NCBI GenBank assembly: GCA_963700155.1
Contig: OY969472.1
Location: 744,690-808,689, forward strand
Source: an uncultured bacterium
GTDB taxonomy: Bacteria > Patescibacteriota > Dojkabacteria > J137
Length of the DNA: 64,000 bases
Reading direction: 5' to 3'
In this document: in pieces, positions 47,910 through 56,197 of the stretch
Layout of the letters: each line of letters starts with the position of its first letter
Numbering within the stretch: the stretch's first letter is position 1
Notes under the pieces: generated by a model
Seen by the model: only the letters and a program-made list of their open reading frames with translations
Databases searched by the model: none
What the model was told of the DNA's origin: nothing
Made by a program: the position numbers and the translations under genes

Positions 47910-48140
47910 TTTTATTCTCTCCTGTTAGTTTATGATTGTGAGATGTGAGATTGGTTATCTAATAAGAATTTTAACTTAGTTCAATTTTCAAGGTACTACA
48001 AACTAATACAATAAATTTTTATATCCACAACTTATAAAGATAGTGAAATTAAATTCGTAACAGAACATGCAATTAGTTTGCTATATTAGGATTATATCAT
48101 GGAGATTTAAGTACATTTTTTAATTGGGGTTTAGGTGTTG

Positions 48141-48163
48141 CGGCGGGGAAGAATTCCCCGCCG
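48141..48163 (-). terminator. GC-rich hairpin CGGCGGGG-aagaatt-CCCCGCCG downstream of the 48172 gene
   Basis: I read this directly. It contains GAATTC. Confidence 0.35.
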
Positions 48164-48171
48164 TGTGTAGA

Positions 48172-48477
48172 TTAATTAGCGAGGCGGCGGTATTTTGACC
48201 GACACTGGACTATCTGAATCTTGTGTGTTCTCTGATACTCGTTCAGATTTTCCCACAAGATTTTGAAGTCATCGCTATTTACCGAAAAAACTCTTCCCCT
48301 CCTGAACCGAAAAATTGCAACGGCATCTGGTGGGTAGCTCTTCTTAGGATCATACTTACCTAAATCAGTAAGTGATCCATCCGGAGCTTTAAGAAACCGC
48401 TTCGCCCAAGCCGCATGGGCGTTTTGACGTGCTCTTGCACCTTGTATCGAAGGGTTTCTTGATCTAGTTTTCTTCAT
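48172..48477 (-). CDS. Hypothetical basic protein (101 aa), GC-elevated
   Basis: This is an ORF with the foreign composition typical of this segment. Confidence 0.35.
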   Translation of the reverse strand: MKKTRSRNPSIQGARARQNAHAAWAKRFLKAPDGSLTDLGKYDPKKSYPPDAVAIFRFRRGRVFSVNSDDFKILWENLNEYQRTHKIQIVQCRSKYRRLAN

Positions 48478-48587
48478 TTCTAGATAGCCTTTTGTAAATC
48501 TGCACTATACTAAATATATCATCACTATATATATTTTGTCATTTTAATATTATCATCTAAATTTTGAGAATTGTTATTGTAGCGTTC

Positions 48588-48612
48588 GCGGCTCGGGTTT
48601 CACCCGAGCCGC
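48588..48612 (-). terminator. GC-rich hairpin GCGGCTCGGG-tttca-CCCGAGCCGC
   Basis: I read this directly. It lies 15 nt downstream of the 48627 gene stop. Confidence 0.4.
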
Positions 48613-48626
48613 TTTCCGCTCTTTAA

Positions 48627-49208
48627 CTACCTGATAGGTTCTATCTTTGTGACCCAGCCAGTGCTGTTGTTGATATACAACGAGTACTGGAAATTCGGGT
48701 TCAAGCTTATCCATTGATCATAGCTTGTCCCAAATGAATAGATTTTCTCGTCTTGATCGATGAACTGAACTGTATATTGACCTGATCTTCCAGACTCTCT
48801 TTCTTCTGGGTCTACAGAGAGGACGACCTCACCATAGTAAGGCGACCTTCCAAATCCATTGCTGGATACTGTTCTGGTATGATGCCAGCCCAATATCTCG
48901 AAATGGTAGTTTGTTTCGATCCCTGGGCGAAAATGCCCGAAATAGGTAATATCGAATGTAGTTTTAGGCGTATATGTCTTACTTTGATTTCGACTTCCTT
49001 GGGGGAATCCTGTCGTATTTGAGTCAGGATACCAGCTGTACTCCTCTATCTCAACTTTTTGAGTCCAGAGGAACTTATAGATGTTTGCCTTAATCTGTTG
49101 GTCTGAGGTACTCCAGACTGTGAATACAATCACCCCAATTAACATGGCGATTATTATTAGACAGCCTACGGCATCAGATATAGTACTCGCACTCTTTTTA
49201 TCATTCAT
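48627..49208 (-). CDS. Hypothetical N-terminally anchored protein (193 aa), GC-elevated
   Basis: It has an N-terminal TM and no recognisable motif. Confidence 0.4.
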   Translation of the reverse strand: MNDKKSASTISDAVGCLIIIAMLIGVIVFTVWSTSDQQIKANIYKFLWTQKVEIEEYSWYPDSNTTGFPQGSRNQSKTYTPKTTFDITYFGHFRPGIETNYHFEILGWHHTRTVSSNGFGRSPYYGEVVLSVDPEERESGRSGQYTVQFIDQDEKIYSFGTSYDQWISLNPNFQYSLYINNSTGWVTKIEPIR

Positions 49209-49369
49209 GGTTTTCTCCTATTTGGATAGATTATCGAGGTAGTTTTTTAAAGAACGGATGATTTCGTAGATAAAGAATTTGTCATTTATACTACTAAAAT
49301 ATTATATCATTAGTATATATATAATGTCATCATGTGTTAATGACATAGTGGAAAGATTTACTTTTTTAT

Positions 49370-50026
49370 TTATTCTTTTTCTATGAGTGTTTTTTTGTTT
49401 TCTTTAGAACTGTTCACTTCTTTACTTACCTTGTAAGAAACCATTTCTTTGGAAGGGTAAGGTTTGAGCATACTTTTTAAAGTGTCGAGATCTTTAATTT
49501 CTGAATTCAGCCAGACTTCTTCGAACTTTTTAGGTAAAATAACAGGCATTCGATCATGAACTTGCTTTACTAAACTATTTGCCGCACAAGTAATGATTGT
49601 AAAAGTTCTTATGTTTGCTCCTTTTTCATTCTTCCAATCATCATAAATACCTGCAAAAGAGAAAATATCTCTGTCCTTCAATCTAAATAAGTAAGGTTGT
49701 CTACTCTTTCCTTCTTTTGCCCATTCATAAAAGAAACTTGCAGGAATCAAACATCTTTTATTAAATAAACTGAGTCTATAAGAAGGTTTTGTTTCTATTT
49801 CCTCTGCTCTAGCATTTATCATTTTAAAACCAATCTTTGAATCCTTTGCCCAATGCGGAATAAATCCCCACTGCATAAATTCAAGATCAATTTTATCTTT
49901 CATAATTACAACAGGAACTTTCTTTGAAGGCGCAATGTTATAGTCATCTTGAACAAGTAAATCTATTGGCAGATTATAATATTTACTTAAACCATTTTCT
50001 GTTACTAATCCGAATCGTCCGCACAT
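49370..50026 (-). CDS. yedK: SOS response-associated peptidase (SRAP/YedK family, abasic-site DNA-protein crosslink protein)
   Basis: It starts with the invariant MCGRF. It is 218 aa. Confidence 0.8.
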   Translation of the reverse strand: MCGRFGLVTENGLSKYYNLPIDLLVQDDYNIAPSKKVPVVIMKDKIDLEFMQWGFIPHWAKDSKIGFKMINARAEEIETKPSYRLSLFNKRCLIPASFFYEWAKEGKSRQPYLFRLKDRDIFSFAGIYDDWKNEKGANIRTFTIITCAANSLVKQVHDRMPVILPKKFEEVWLNSEIKDLDTLKSMLKPYPSKEMVSYKVSKEVNSSKENKKTLIEKE

Positions 50027-50063
50027 ATTAAAAATTTTTATATAATTTATTTTAACATTTCAT

Positions 50064-51371
50064 TTAGATCTTTATTTTTAACAATTCCTGCCAGCTTGTT
50101 GTAAATCTCTGAGATTTTCTTTCTTGTTTCATCATCCAATTTTTTCTCATCCCCTGACTACCCATCTTTATAGTATTACTTCCCCACTTTAAATTAATCT
50201 TATCAAAAACATTCATTATTTTAGTTTCCCGCTTATCTATTGCTTCTTCTAAAATTGGACTAGTAAATAAATGTAATTGTTTGTGACTCTGTGGCTCTAT
50301 TCCAGATAACATTACTCCTGCCCTTTTAAACTTATATCCATCTTTAAAAATAGTTTTTAAACCATGCAAAGCAGCTTTAGTTAGTGTCGGTAAATATGAG
50401 CTTGGCGGATCAAGTTCAAGTGTTATTGAATTATAATATTGAGGATCTTTTTGATTAAAAAGACTTGTATGAATAAATATTGTTACTAATTTTGCTAAGG
50501 AGTTTTGTTCTCTGAGTTTTTCACTTGCGATTGATACATAAAGTGAAATAGCTTCAATTAAGTCTGCTATTTTGGTGACGGGGATTCCGAATGATCTTGT
50601 ACTTGCAATAATTTTTTTAGGTTCTGGTGCATTATCTATTGGAATACAGGAAATACCATGTAATTCCAAGTATGTTCTTTCTCCTTGAACTGTCATTTTT
50701 TTTCTTACGACATATCTATTAAAATACTTAAAATCTTTTGCAGTATATATTCCATTCATTCTTAAAAATTTAGTGTATTGACGTCCAACACCCCAAATAT
50801 CTTCAACATCTACTTTCTTAAGATAATCATCAATATTATTAATTTCAAATTCATTCAGTACACCATTGAATTCAGGAGTTTTTTTTACAATTTTATTCAA
50901 AGCCTTTGCTAAAGTTTTTGTTGATGCAATTCCGATTGAAATTGGAATACCTGTGCTCTGAAATACTTTCTCTCTTATTTTTCTACAATATTCTGTAAGA
51001 TTATTTATCTTAAGGTTTGTGAAGTTTAGGAAGGCTTCATCTATAGAATAAAGTTCTATATCGGGTGTGAACTCGTTTAAAATTCCCATTACACGCATTG
51101 AGAGATCTGCATACAAAGTGAAGTTAGATGAATAAACAAATACCATTCCGCTATTGATAAGATTTTTGAGTTCGAAAAAAGGCTGACCCATTTTGATTCC
51201 TAATTTTTTAGCTTCGTTTGATCTTGCAATTACACATCCGTCATTATTTGAAAGAACAATAACAGGTTTCCCATTGAGTTTGGGGTTAAAAAGCCTTTCA
51301 CATGAGGCGTAAAAATTGTTGCAGTCAACAATAGCGAATATTTTTTTCTTTGAATAATTTGAGAGGTCCAT
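50064..51371 (-). CDS. Y-family translesion DNA polymerase (DinB/UmuC-like)
   Basis: The N-terminus reads IFAIVDCNNFYASCERLFNPKLNGKPVIVLSNNDGCVIARSNEAKKLGIKMGQP. It is 435 aa. Confidence 0.8.
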   Translation of the reverse strand: MDLSNYSKKKIFAIVDCNNFYASCERLFNPKLNGKPVIVLSNNDGCVIARSNEAKKLGIKMGQPFFELKNLINSGMVFVYSSNFTLYADLSMRVMGILNEFTPDIELYSIDEAFLNFTNLKINNLTEYCRKIREKVFQSTGIPISIGIASTKTLAKALNKIVKKTPEFNGVLNEFEINNIDDYLKKVDVEDIWGVGRQYTKFLRMNGIYTAKDFKYFNRYVVRKKMTVQGERTYLELHGISCIPIDNAPEPKKIIASTRSFGIPVTKIADLIEAISLYVSIASEKLREQNSLAKLVTIFIHTSLFNQKDPQYYNSITLELDPPSSYLPTLTKAALHGLKTIFKDGYKFKRAGVMLSGIEPQSHKQLHLFTSPILEEAIDKRETKIMNVFDKINLKWGSNTIKMGSQGMRKNWMMKQERKSQRFTTSWQELLKIKI

Positions 51372-51436
51372 TAATTAAAGGATAGTCGAAGGGTTACTGG
51401 TTTAGTCAAGTTATAAATGAAGGAATATGGTGATAA

Positions 51437-51535
51437 ATGTCAAAGTATCCAGAATCGAAGAATTTTATTTTAGTATTGAATGAATTGGATAAGAGAGTAA
51501 GAAGATTACCTAATTGTAAAATCCCATCTAACTAA
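51437..51535 (+). CDS. Small ORF (32 aa, MSKYPESKNFILVLNELDKRVRRLPNCKIPSN) inside repeat copy R1
   Basis: It is one of three homologous ~120-bp copies. I cannot distinguish a small protein from an RNA or DNA repeat on sequence alone. Confidence 0.3.
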   Translation: MSKYPESKNFILVLNELDKRVRRLPNCKIPSN

Positions 51536-51850
51536 TAACCTCAGATCCATGGGGACCTTTGATGGCTAACTTTATATGGATCCCCCCTTTTGGACACTCC
51601 GTCAGGATGATGTCGTAGTACGTATCGTACCTTTCAGCAAAGAAGTTCATAACTCTCTGTGACACTGATGAGATCACTTCAAAAGCGTCTTTCAGTTGCA
51701 TTTTTCACCCCTACATTATGCATTCGCGTTAACGATAGAGGATTATACTAGATTTGAGGGGGATTGTTAGTTTTAATAGGTTAGGATCTCCCTATGTATA
51801 CTTGTTAATAACTATATACCAGTGATATAATATATTGTGAAGCATATTCC

Positions 51851-52252
51851 ATGGAGGAAGTTAAAATGTTGAACTGGCTGATTAAGTATTTTGCGGTAAA
51901 GACAAAGTCTTTTGACAAGTTCATGAGCTTTGTCGGAACAGATCGCCCTAAGGAAATCAAGGCGATTCCGGTTGAGTATGTAGATAAACCCCTGCCCTTA
52001 AACGGCGCAGGTTTGATCGGCGATGGGGGACACGGGTTGATGATGCAATTCGTGAACTCCGATGGGCGAAAGGTACAGTTCTGGGAGCGATTCAAAGGGA
52101 GAGAGGTGATTTCACACCGAGGACTCGTCACTCCGTCGTCTGCGGCAAGGTGGGAGTCTTTTACTGAGACGGAAATCGAAGAGAAGTTTGATCTCCTCCG
52201 ACAGAAGTTTCCGCGGTTGGTCACTCGAATGGTGACTACCGACGAACTCTGA
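51851..52252 (+). CDS. Hypothetical protein (133 aa) in a GC-elevated segment
   Basis: The ORF has protein-like composition and is followed by two hairpins (52265-52291 and 52350-52370). The overlapping antisense ORF is judged spurious. Confidence 0.4.
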   Translation: MEEVKMLNWLIKYFAVKTKSFDKFMSFVGTDRPKEIKAIPVEYVDKPLPLNGAGLIGDGGHGLMMQFVNSDGRKVQFWERFKGREVISHRGLVTPSSAARWESFTETEIEEKFDLLRQKFPRLVTRMVTTDEL

Positions 52253-52264
52253 AGAATATGCTGA

Positions 52265-52291
52265 GCAGAGGGCAGTTATACTGCCCTCTGC
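52265..52291 (+). terminator. Perfect 11-bp hairpin GCAGAGGGCAG-ttata-CTGCCCTCTGC 13 nt after the stop of the 51851 gene
   Basis: I read this directly. Confidence 0.45.
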
Positions 52292-52349
52292 AAAGCGAAA
52301 CTTCAATAATGAAATTTAAATTTTGTGTTGAATAATATCATTTAGGGTC

Positions 52350-52370
52350 AGAACAGGTCTGTTCTTTTTA
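52350..52370 (+). terminator. Hairpin AGAACAG-gt-CTGTTCT followed by TTTTTA
   Basis: I read this directly. It has the classic intrinsic terminator shape. Confidence 0.45.
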
Positions 52371-52654
52371 ATAATCACCTCTTAAATTATGAGTAATAAT
52401 AAAGATTTATCTGGTGTGTCTGTAGATATAGGTGAAGGATTGCTTACTATTTCTGAATTAGTCTCTTCAGATAAACTGGCAAATTCCATGGTATTGTAGA
52501 TCTTCAAGAATTTAATTCTATTGCATTTAAATATGATGATTGAGGTATTGAAATTAGAAACATTAATGGAATTAATTATGTTTTTTACTCTAGTTCTAGT
52601 TCATGATTTACGTGATTTGTAATATTTTTAGATAAGAGAATTAGAAGAATTCCT

Positions 52655-53179
52655 TTAAAGAATCTTAAGGGTTGAAAATTCTTTTTCTATAATCCATTTA
52701 TGATCATCTTCGTTTTCAAGTTTTTTGAGAATAGTAATGTTGTCAAATGGTAATGTGAATTTTTCTTTTTCGAATTGGTTTAAATAATTTTCAATATCTT
52801 CAATTTGCTCAGGTTTTGCACGTATGGTTATTGTTAAATGAAAATTTCTATCTGGTAAATCAAATTCATCCCATTGAAGCCAATCTATTTCCTTTAATAT
52901 TTTGAAAAATTTGAGATAGATTGTTTTAGTTCTATCATTTAATTTGACATCAAGGAAAAAAACTCGTTGTCTAAAGTTGCCAATTCCACCAATTTCTACC
53001 TCTGCTCCTTCGAAATTAGTTTCTTTTACAAACTTTTCAATGAGTGCTTCAATCGGTTTGATGTTATCAGTGTAAATATTATCTTTTAAAGTTATATGGC
53101 TTGGTGTTTGAATTGCGAAGATACTAAACTTTTCTGAAACTTTACCTTTAACTCGAAACCCGATTATGAATCGTTCCAT
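52655..53179 (-). CDS. 2H phosphoesterase superfamily protein (LigT/ThpR-like)
   Basis: It has two H-x-T-x motifs (SHITL and FHLTITI) about 90 aa apart. It is 174 aa. Confidence 0.45.
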   Translation of the reverse strand: MERFIIGFRVKGKVSEKFSIFAIQTPSHITLKDNIYTDNIKPIEALIEKFVKETNFEGAEVEIGGIGNFRQRVFFLDVKLNDRTKTIYLKFFKILKEIDWLQWDEFDLPDRNFHLTITIRAKPEQIEDIENYLNQFEKEKFTLPFDNITILKKLENEDDHKWIIEKEFSTLKIL

Positions 53180-53190
53180 AATTATTATAT

Positions 53191-53688
53191 TTAAACACTA
53201 GAAATATTCTTTAACATGGTTATTTCATAATCATTAAACCCTATATCTTTATACAGTTTGGTTGCAGTATTGTTTGAAAGGACGGTTAATTTTAAGTATT
53301 TGATATTATGTTGTCTTGCAAATTCTTGAGCTTTGGTTAATAGTAGTTTTCCGATTCCTTTATTTCTAAAATCTTTAGTGACGATTATATCTGAAATAAA
53401 AACAACAGGAATCTTATTGAACATCTGGATATAGTTTTTGATATCAATATTAAATGCTATGAAGCCTATTATCTGATTATCCAATTCTGCTACATAAATT
53501 TCTCCTCTATCCTCATTTAAAGGGGTAATAATTTCTTTGAAGGTAGCTTCTTGAGCTTCGTGATTGGTTTTTAGATCATTGTCTAATTTATTCTCGTGTT
53601 CTTTTAATTCTTGAATCAGTTTTCTTACTGAGTTTTCATCTAGATCTTGATAAGGTCGTATTAAAATATTCATGGAATAATTATACAT
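53191..53688 (-). CDS. GNAT-family N-acetyltransferase
   Basis: It has motif A RNKGIGKLLL and is 165 aa. Confidence 0.65.
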   Translation of the reverse strand: MYNYSMNILIRPYQDLDENSVRKLIQELKEHENKLDNDLKTNHEAQEATFKEIITPLNEDRGEIYVAELDNQIIGFIAFNIDIKNYIQMFNKIPVVFISDIIVTKDFRNKGIGKLLLTKAQEFARQHNIKYLKLTVLSNNTATKLYKDIGFNDYEITMLKNISSV

Positions 53689-53720
53689 CGACTTGTTGAA
53701 ATGGGTAATAATGGTACGAG

Positions 53721-53816
53721 ATGTCGAAGTATCCGGAACCGAGAAATTTGGTTTTAGTATTAAAAGATTTAAATAAGGAAATTAGAAGAGTTCCAATTTC
53801 AAATTTTGCACAATAA
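53721..53816 (+). CDS. Small ORF (31 aa, MSKYPEPRNLVLVLKDLNKEIRRVPISNFAQ) inside repeat copy R2
   Basis: It is homologous to 51437-51535, and the homology extends about 40 nt upstream of the ATG. Confidence 0.3.
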   Translation: MSKYPEPRNLVLVLKDLNKEIRRVPISNFAQ

Positions 53817-53818
53817 GT

Positions 53819-54259
53819 TTAAGCAGCAGTCATTTCTCTGATATATTCAACAAATTCTAAGTTACGATAGAACCTTGTATCAGAATGTGTTGCATTCAAC
53901 TGAGTTGCTAGTTCCAGGGCATTTTGAAAATCATCTGAAAGACCAGTTAAAGTATATTTATCTGGATATTTAGCAGCTAGAGCAATTATTACATGCGCTA
54001 GTAAATATATATCTTGATATGCTGTAATTAAACCTTCCTGTCCTGTTGATTCCATTATACTGTTTTGTCCAAATATAGTAGCTATAATTACTGATATATC
54101 TTCTTTATGTAGAATCTTCGCTAAGTATGGATCTAAAGATAAAATTTCAATTACAGAAGTAACAAGTTTATTAATTAATATTTTTTTCTCAGGATTTCTT
54201 ATAAGGGTTCTTATAGCTGCCATAAGATCTTGATCTGAAAAATCTGCAAATTCGTTCAT
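53819..54259 (-). CDS. Hypothetical protein (146 aa)
   Basis: This is an ORF with no recognisable motif. Confidence 0.4.
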   Translation of the reverse strand: MNEFADFSDQDLMAAIRTLIRNPEKKILINKLVTSVIEILSLDPYLAKILHKEDISVIIATIFGQNSIMESTGQEGLITAYQDIYLLAHVIIALAAKYPDKYTLTGLSDDFQNALELATQLNATHSDTRFYRNLEFVEYIREMTAA

Positions 54260-54333
54260 AATAAATAGTAAAAATATTTAGATTTTGTGGATTATACTAT
54301 TGGGGGAATTTATTAGCAAGTTTCATATGGTGA

Positions 54334-54450
54334 GACGGGGTTCTTTACCCAGAAGCCTACTTTAACTTCTAGAAACGAATTTAATCTCGTTTTTGTAATT
54401 CCTGATATTGACAAGCAAATTAGGAGGGTTCCGATGAGGAAAATATTTTA
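54334..54450 (+). repeat. Degenerate third copy (R3) of the small-ORF repeat; no start codon in frame
   Basis: It encodes ...YPEAYLTSRNEFNLVFVIPDIDKQIRRVPMRKIF*, homologous to R1/R2 but with indels. Confidence 0.3.
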
Positions 54451-54520
54451 AGTGTTGCAGGGCTCCTCCATTTTCCCGCAACAACTATAAGATTAATGCG
54501 GTGGGCGGAGCCCTTTGCAG

Positions 54521-54763
54521 TCAAGACTTCAAGAGCTTTTTGAGTTCTTCATGTGCTTGCTTGCGCTCGGTTTCAGTATCCCCGTGCTCTGATAGAAAAA
54601 CGAGGATACGGATACGATTGTTCCAATAGAGATTTTTGCTAAGATTCTGGATATTGCCAGCTATCCCCAGCACTATCCATAGAATAATGACGAGAGCTAT
54701 AGCTATTGTTGCAGCATCAGCTGGGTGCTGAACTGCAAATTGTAACAGTATCATTGCAACCAC
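54521..54763 (-). CDS. Small membrane protein (80 aa), GC-elevated
   Basis: It has one TM helix and is GC-elevated. Confidence 0.35.
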   Translation of the reverse strand: MVAMILLQFAVQHPADAATIAIALVIILWIVLGIAGNIQNLSKNLYWNNRIRILVFLSEHGDTETERKQAHEELKKLLKS

Positions 54764-54861
54764 CTCTCATTTTTAACCGATTGATATTATTATATCATGA
54801 ATATATAAGGTATAGCTACACTCCAATCGAGGGTTGTAATTATTCTCGGTACTAATAAAAG

Positions 54862-54934
54862 TGCCAGGGGGCAGACTCGGACTGCCGACACCTCGCTCTT
54901 CAGGCGAGTGCTCTACCAGCTGAGCTACCCTAGC
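54862..54934 (-). tRNA. tRNA-Phe (anticodon GAA) with atypical T-loop (T54-C55-C56)
   Basis: I folded the cloverleaf by hand. The acceptor is GCTAGGG/CCCTGGC (one G-U), the anticodon loop is CTGAAGA, and the T-arm is GGCAG-TCCGAGT-CTGCC. No CCA is encoded. Confidence 0.65.
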
Positions 54935-55063
54935 ACAATGAAAGTTACTGGTACTTTAAGTTTTTAAAGCTCTACTCCCACAACGGGACTAAGATCTTCT
55001 TTTGCTCGACTTCACTTGGTTTGTCTTGCAAAGAATCTCTCGAGCAGCTTCGCTACCCTAGCA
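54935..55063 (-). repeat. tRNA-linked conserved element, copy B (~128 nt) immediately upstream of tRNA-Phe(GAA); distal end duplicates tRNA-Phe nt 1-19 (2 mismatches)
   Basis: It is homologous to 35414..35542. The segment GCTACCCTAGCA duplicates the tRNA 5' end. Confidence 0.55.
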
Positions 55064-55118
55064 TAAAAGTGAGCAGGATAATTATAAATGATGAAGCACT
55101 AAACAGCAAGGCTTTATC

Positions 55119-55379
55119 TTACCCTTCATAAGGATTATCTCCATACATAAAATGTAACATAGTATCATCTTCACTTGGGGGATTCTGTAGCAATTCTTCA
55201 ATAAGTTTTTTCCCTTCTTGTGGTTTTAGATCAGTAGGTAATTCATTTGGTGCTCTTTCAGATATTATGTAATCTAAAAGCTCTTGCTCTTCTCTATCAG
55301 TTAAAGGGTCTCCTCTTTCAGCTTTATCCAATAATTTTTGAATTCTATTTTCCGGTATAAGATCTATCTGATCACTCAT
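55119..55379 (-). CDS. Hypothetical acidic protein (86 aa)
   Basis: This is an ORF with no recognisable motif. Confidence 0.4.
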   Translation of the reverse strand: MSDQIDLIPENRIQKLLDKAERGDPLTDREEQELLDYIISERAPNELPTDLKPQEGKKLIEELLQNPPSEDDTMLHFMYGDNPYEG

Positions 55380-55468
55380 AAGAATTTTTTAAAAACTATA
55401 ACTCTTGAGTATAACATGAAGAAAATTTCTATTTAAAGTTTAATAATAAAAGGTTTACTCGTGATAAT

Positions 55469-56191
55469 ATGTTCTTTATGATTTCTGCTGAAAAACTGAA
55501 CGAAATACAAAAATTATTAAAACGCGACTATCCTATAGTACAAACTCCTTTGTATCATACAACAGTTTTTCAGCTTCTTGTAGCTACAATGTTATCAGCT
55601 CAAACTCTTGATGCAACTGTAAATACAGTAACTCCAACTCTTTTTGAAAATTTTCCAACAGCAAAAATAATGTCTAAAGCAGATGTTAAAGACGTTGATA
55701 AAATTATTAACAAATTGAATTATCATAATACAAAAGCTAAAAATATTGTTGCGATGTCAAATGGAATACTTAAAGATTTTAAAGGAGTTATTCCATATAC
55801 AATTGAAGATTTAACAAAACTTCCAGGTGTGGGAAGGAAAACTGCAAATGTAGTTATCGCTGAATGGTATGCTAGGAGATTGAAAGACAGGGGCCACCCG
55901 TGGCCGGGTGGCCCCAAAACCAAATTCTTTATGAATGGTGATGAAAGATTAACGATGGCTGAAGGATTTGTAGTTGATACACATGTTATTCGAGTCTCAA
56001 ATAGATTAGGACTAACAAAGAATAAGGATCCTAAAAAGATAGAGCAAGATTTAATGAAGATTTTTCCTCAAGAAGAATGGACCGATATAAGTTTAAGAAT
56101 GATTTTCCATGGCAGAAACAGATGTAAAGCTAGGCAAAATTTATGTTGTGAAGATAAAGATTGGAAAAAACTATGTTTAGAATGTAAATAA
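55469..56191 (+). CDS. nth: Endonuclease III (Nth, HhH-GPD glycosylase with 4Fe-4S Cys cluster) carrying a ~25-aa GC-rich insertion
   Basis: It has the HhH motif LPGVGRKTANVV, VDTHVIRVSNR, and the C-terminal CxxxxxxCCxxxxxxxxCxxC cluster. The insertion KDRGHPWPGGPKTKFF is encoded by the palindrome GGGGCCACC..GGTGGCCCC. Confidence 0.8.
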   Translation: MFFMISAEKLNEIQKLLKRDYPIVQTPLYHTTVFQLLVATMLSAQTLDATVNTVTPTLFENFPTAKIMSKADVKDVDKIINKLNYHNTKAKNIVAMSNGILKDFKGVIPYTIEDLTKLPGVGRKTANVVIAEWYARRLKDRGHPWPGGPKTKFFMNGDERLTMAEGFVVDTHVIRVSNRLGLTKNKDPKKIEQDLMKIFPQEEWTDISLRMIFHGRNRCKARQNLCCEDKDWKKLCLECK

Positions 56192-56197
56192 TACTAG

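Noticed and set aside
51805-52224. 139-aa minus-strand ORF from the six-frame track
   Set aside because: It is antisense to the more protein-like 51851-52252 plus-strand ORF. Its low-complexity Ser/Pro/Cys-rich translation is typical of an artefact in GC-elevated DNA.
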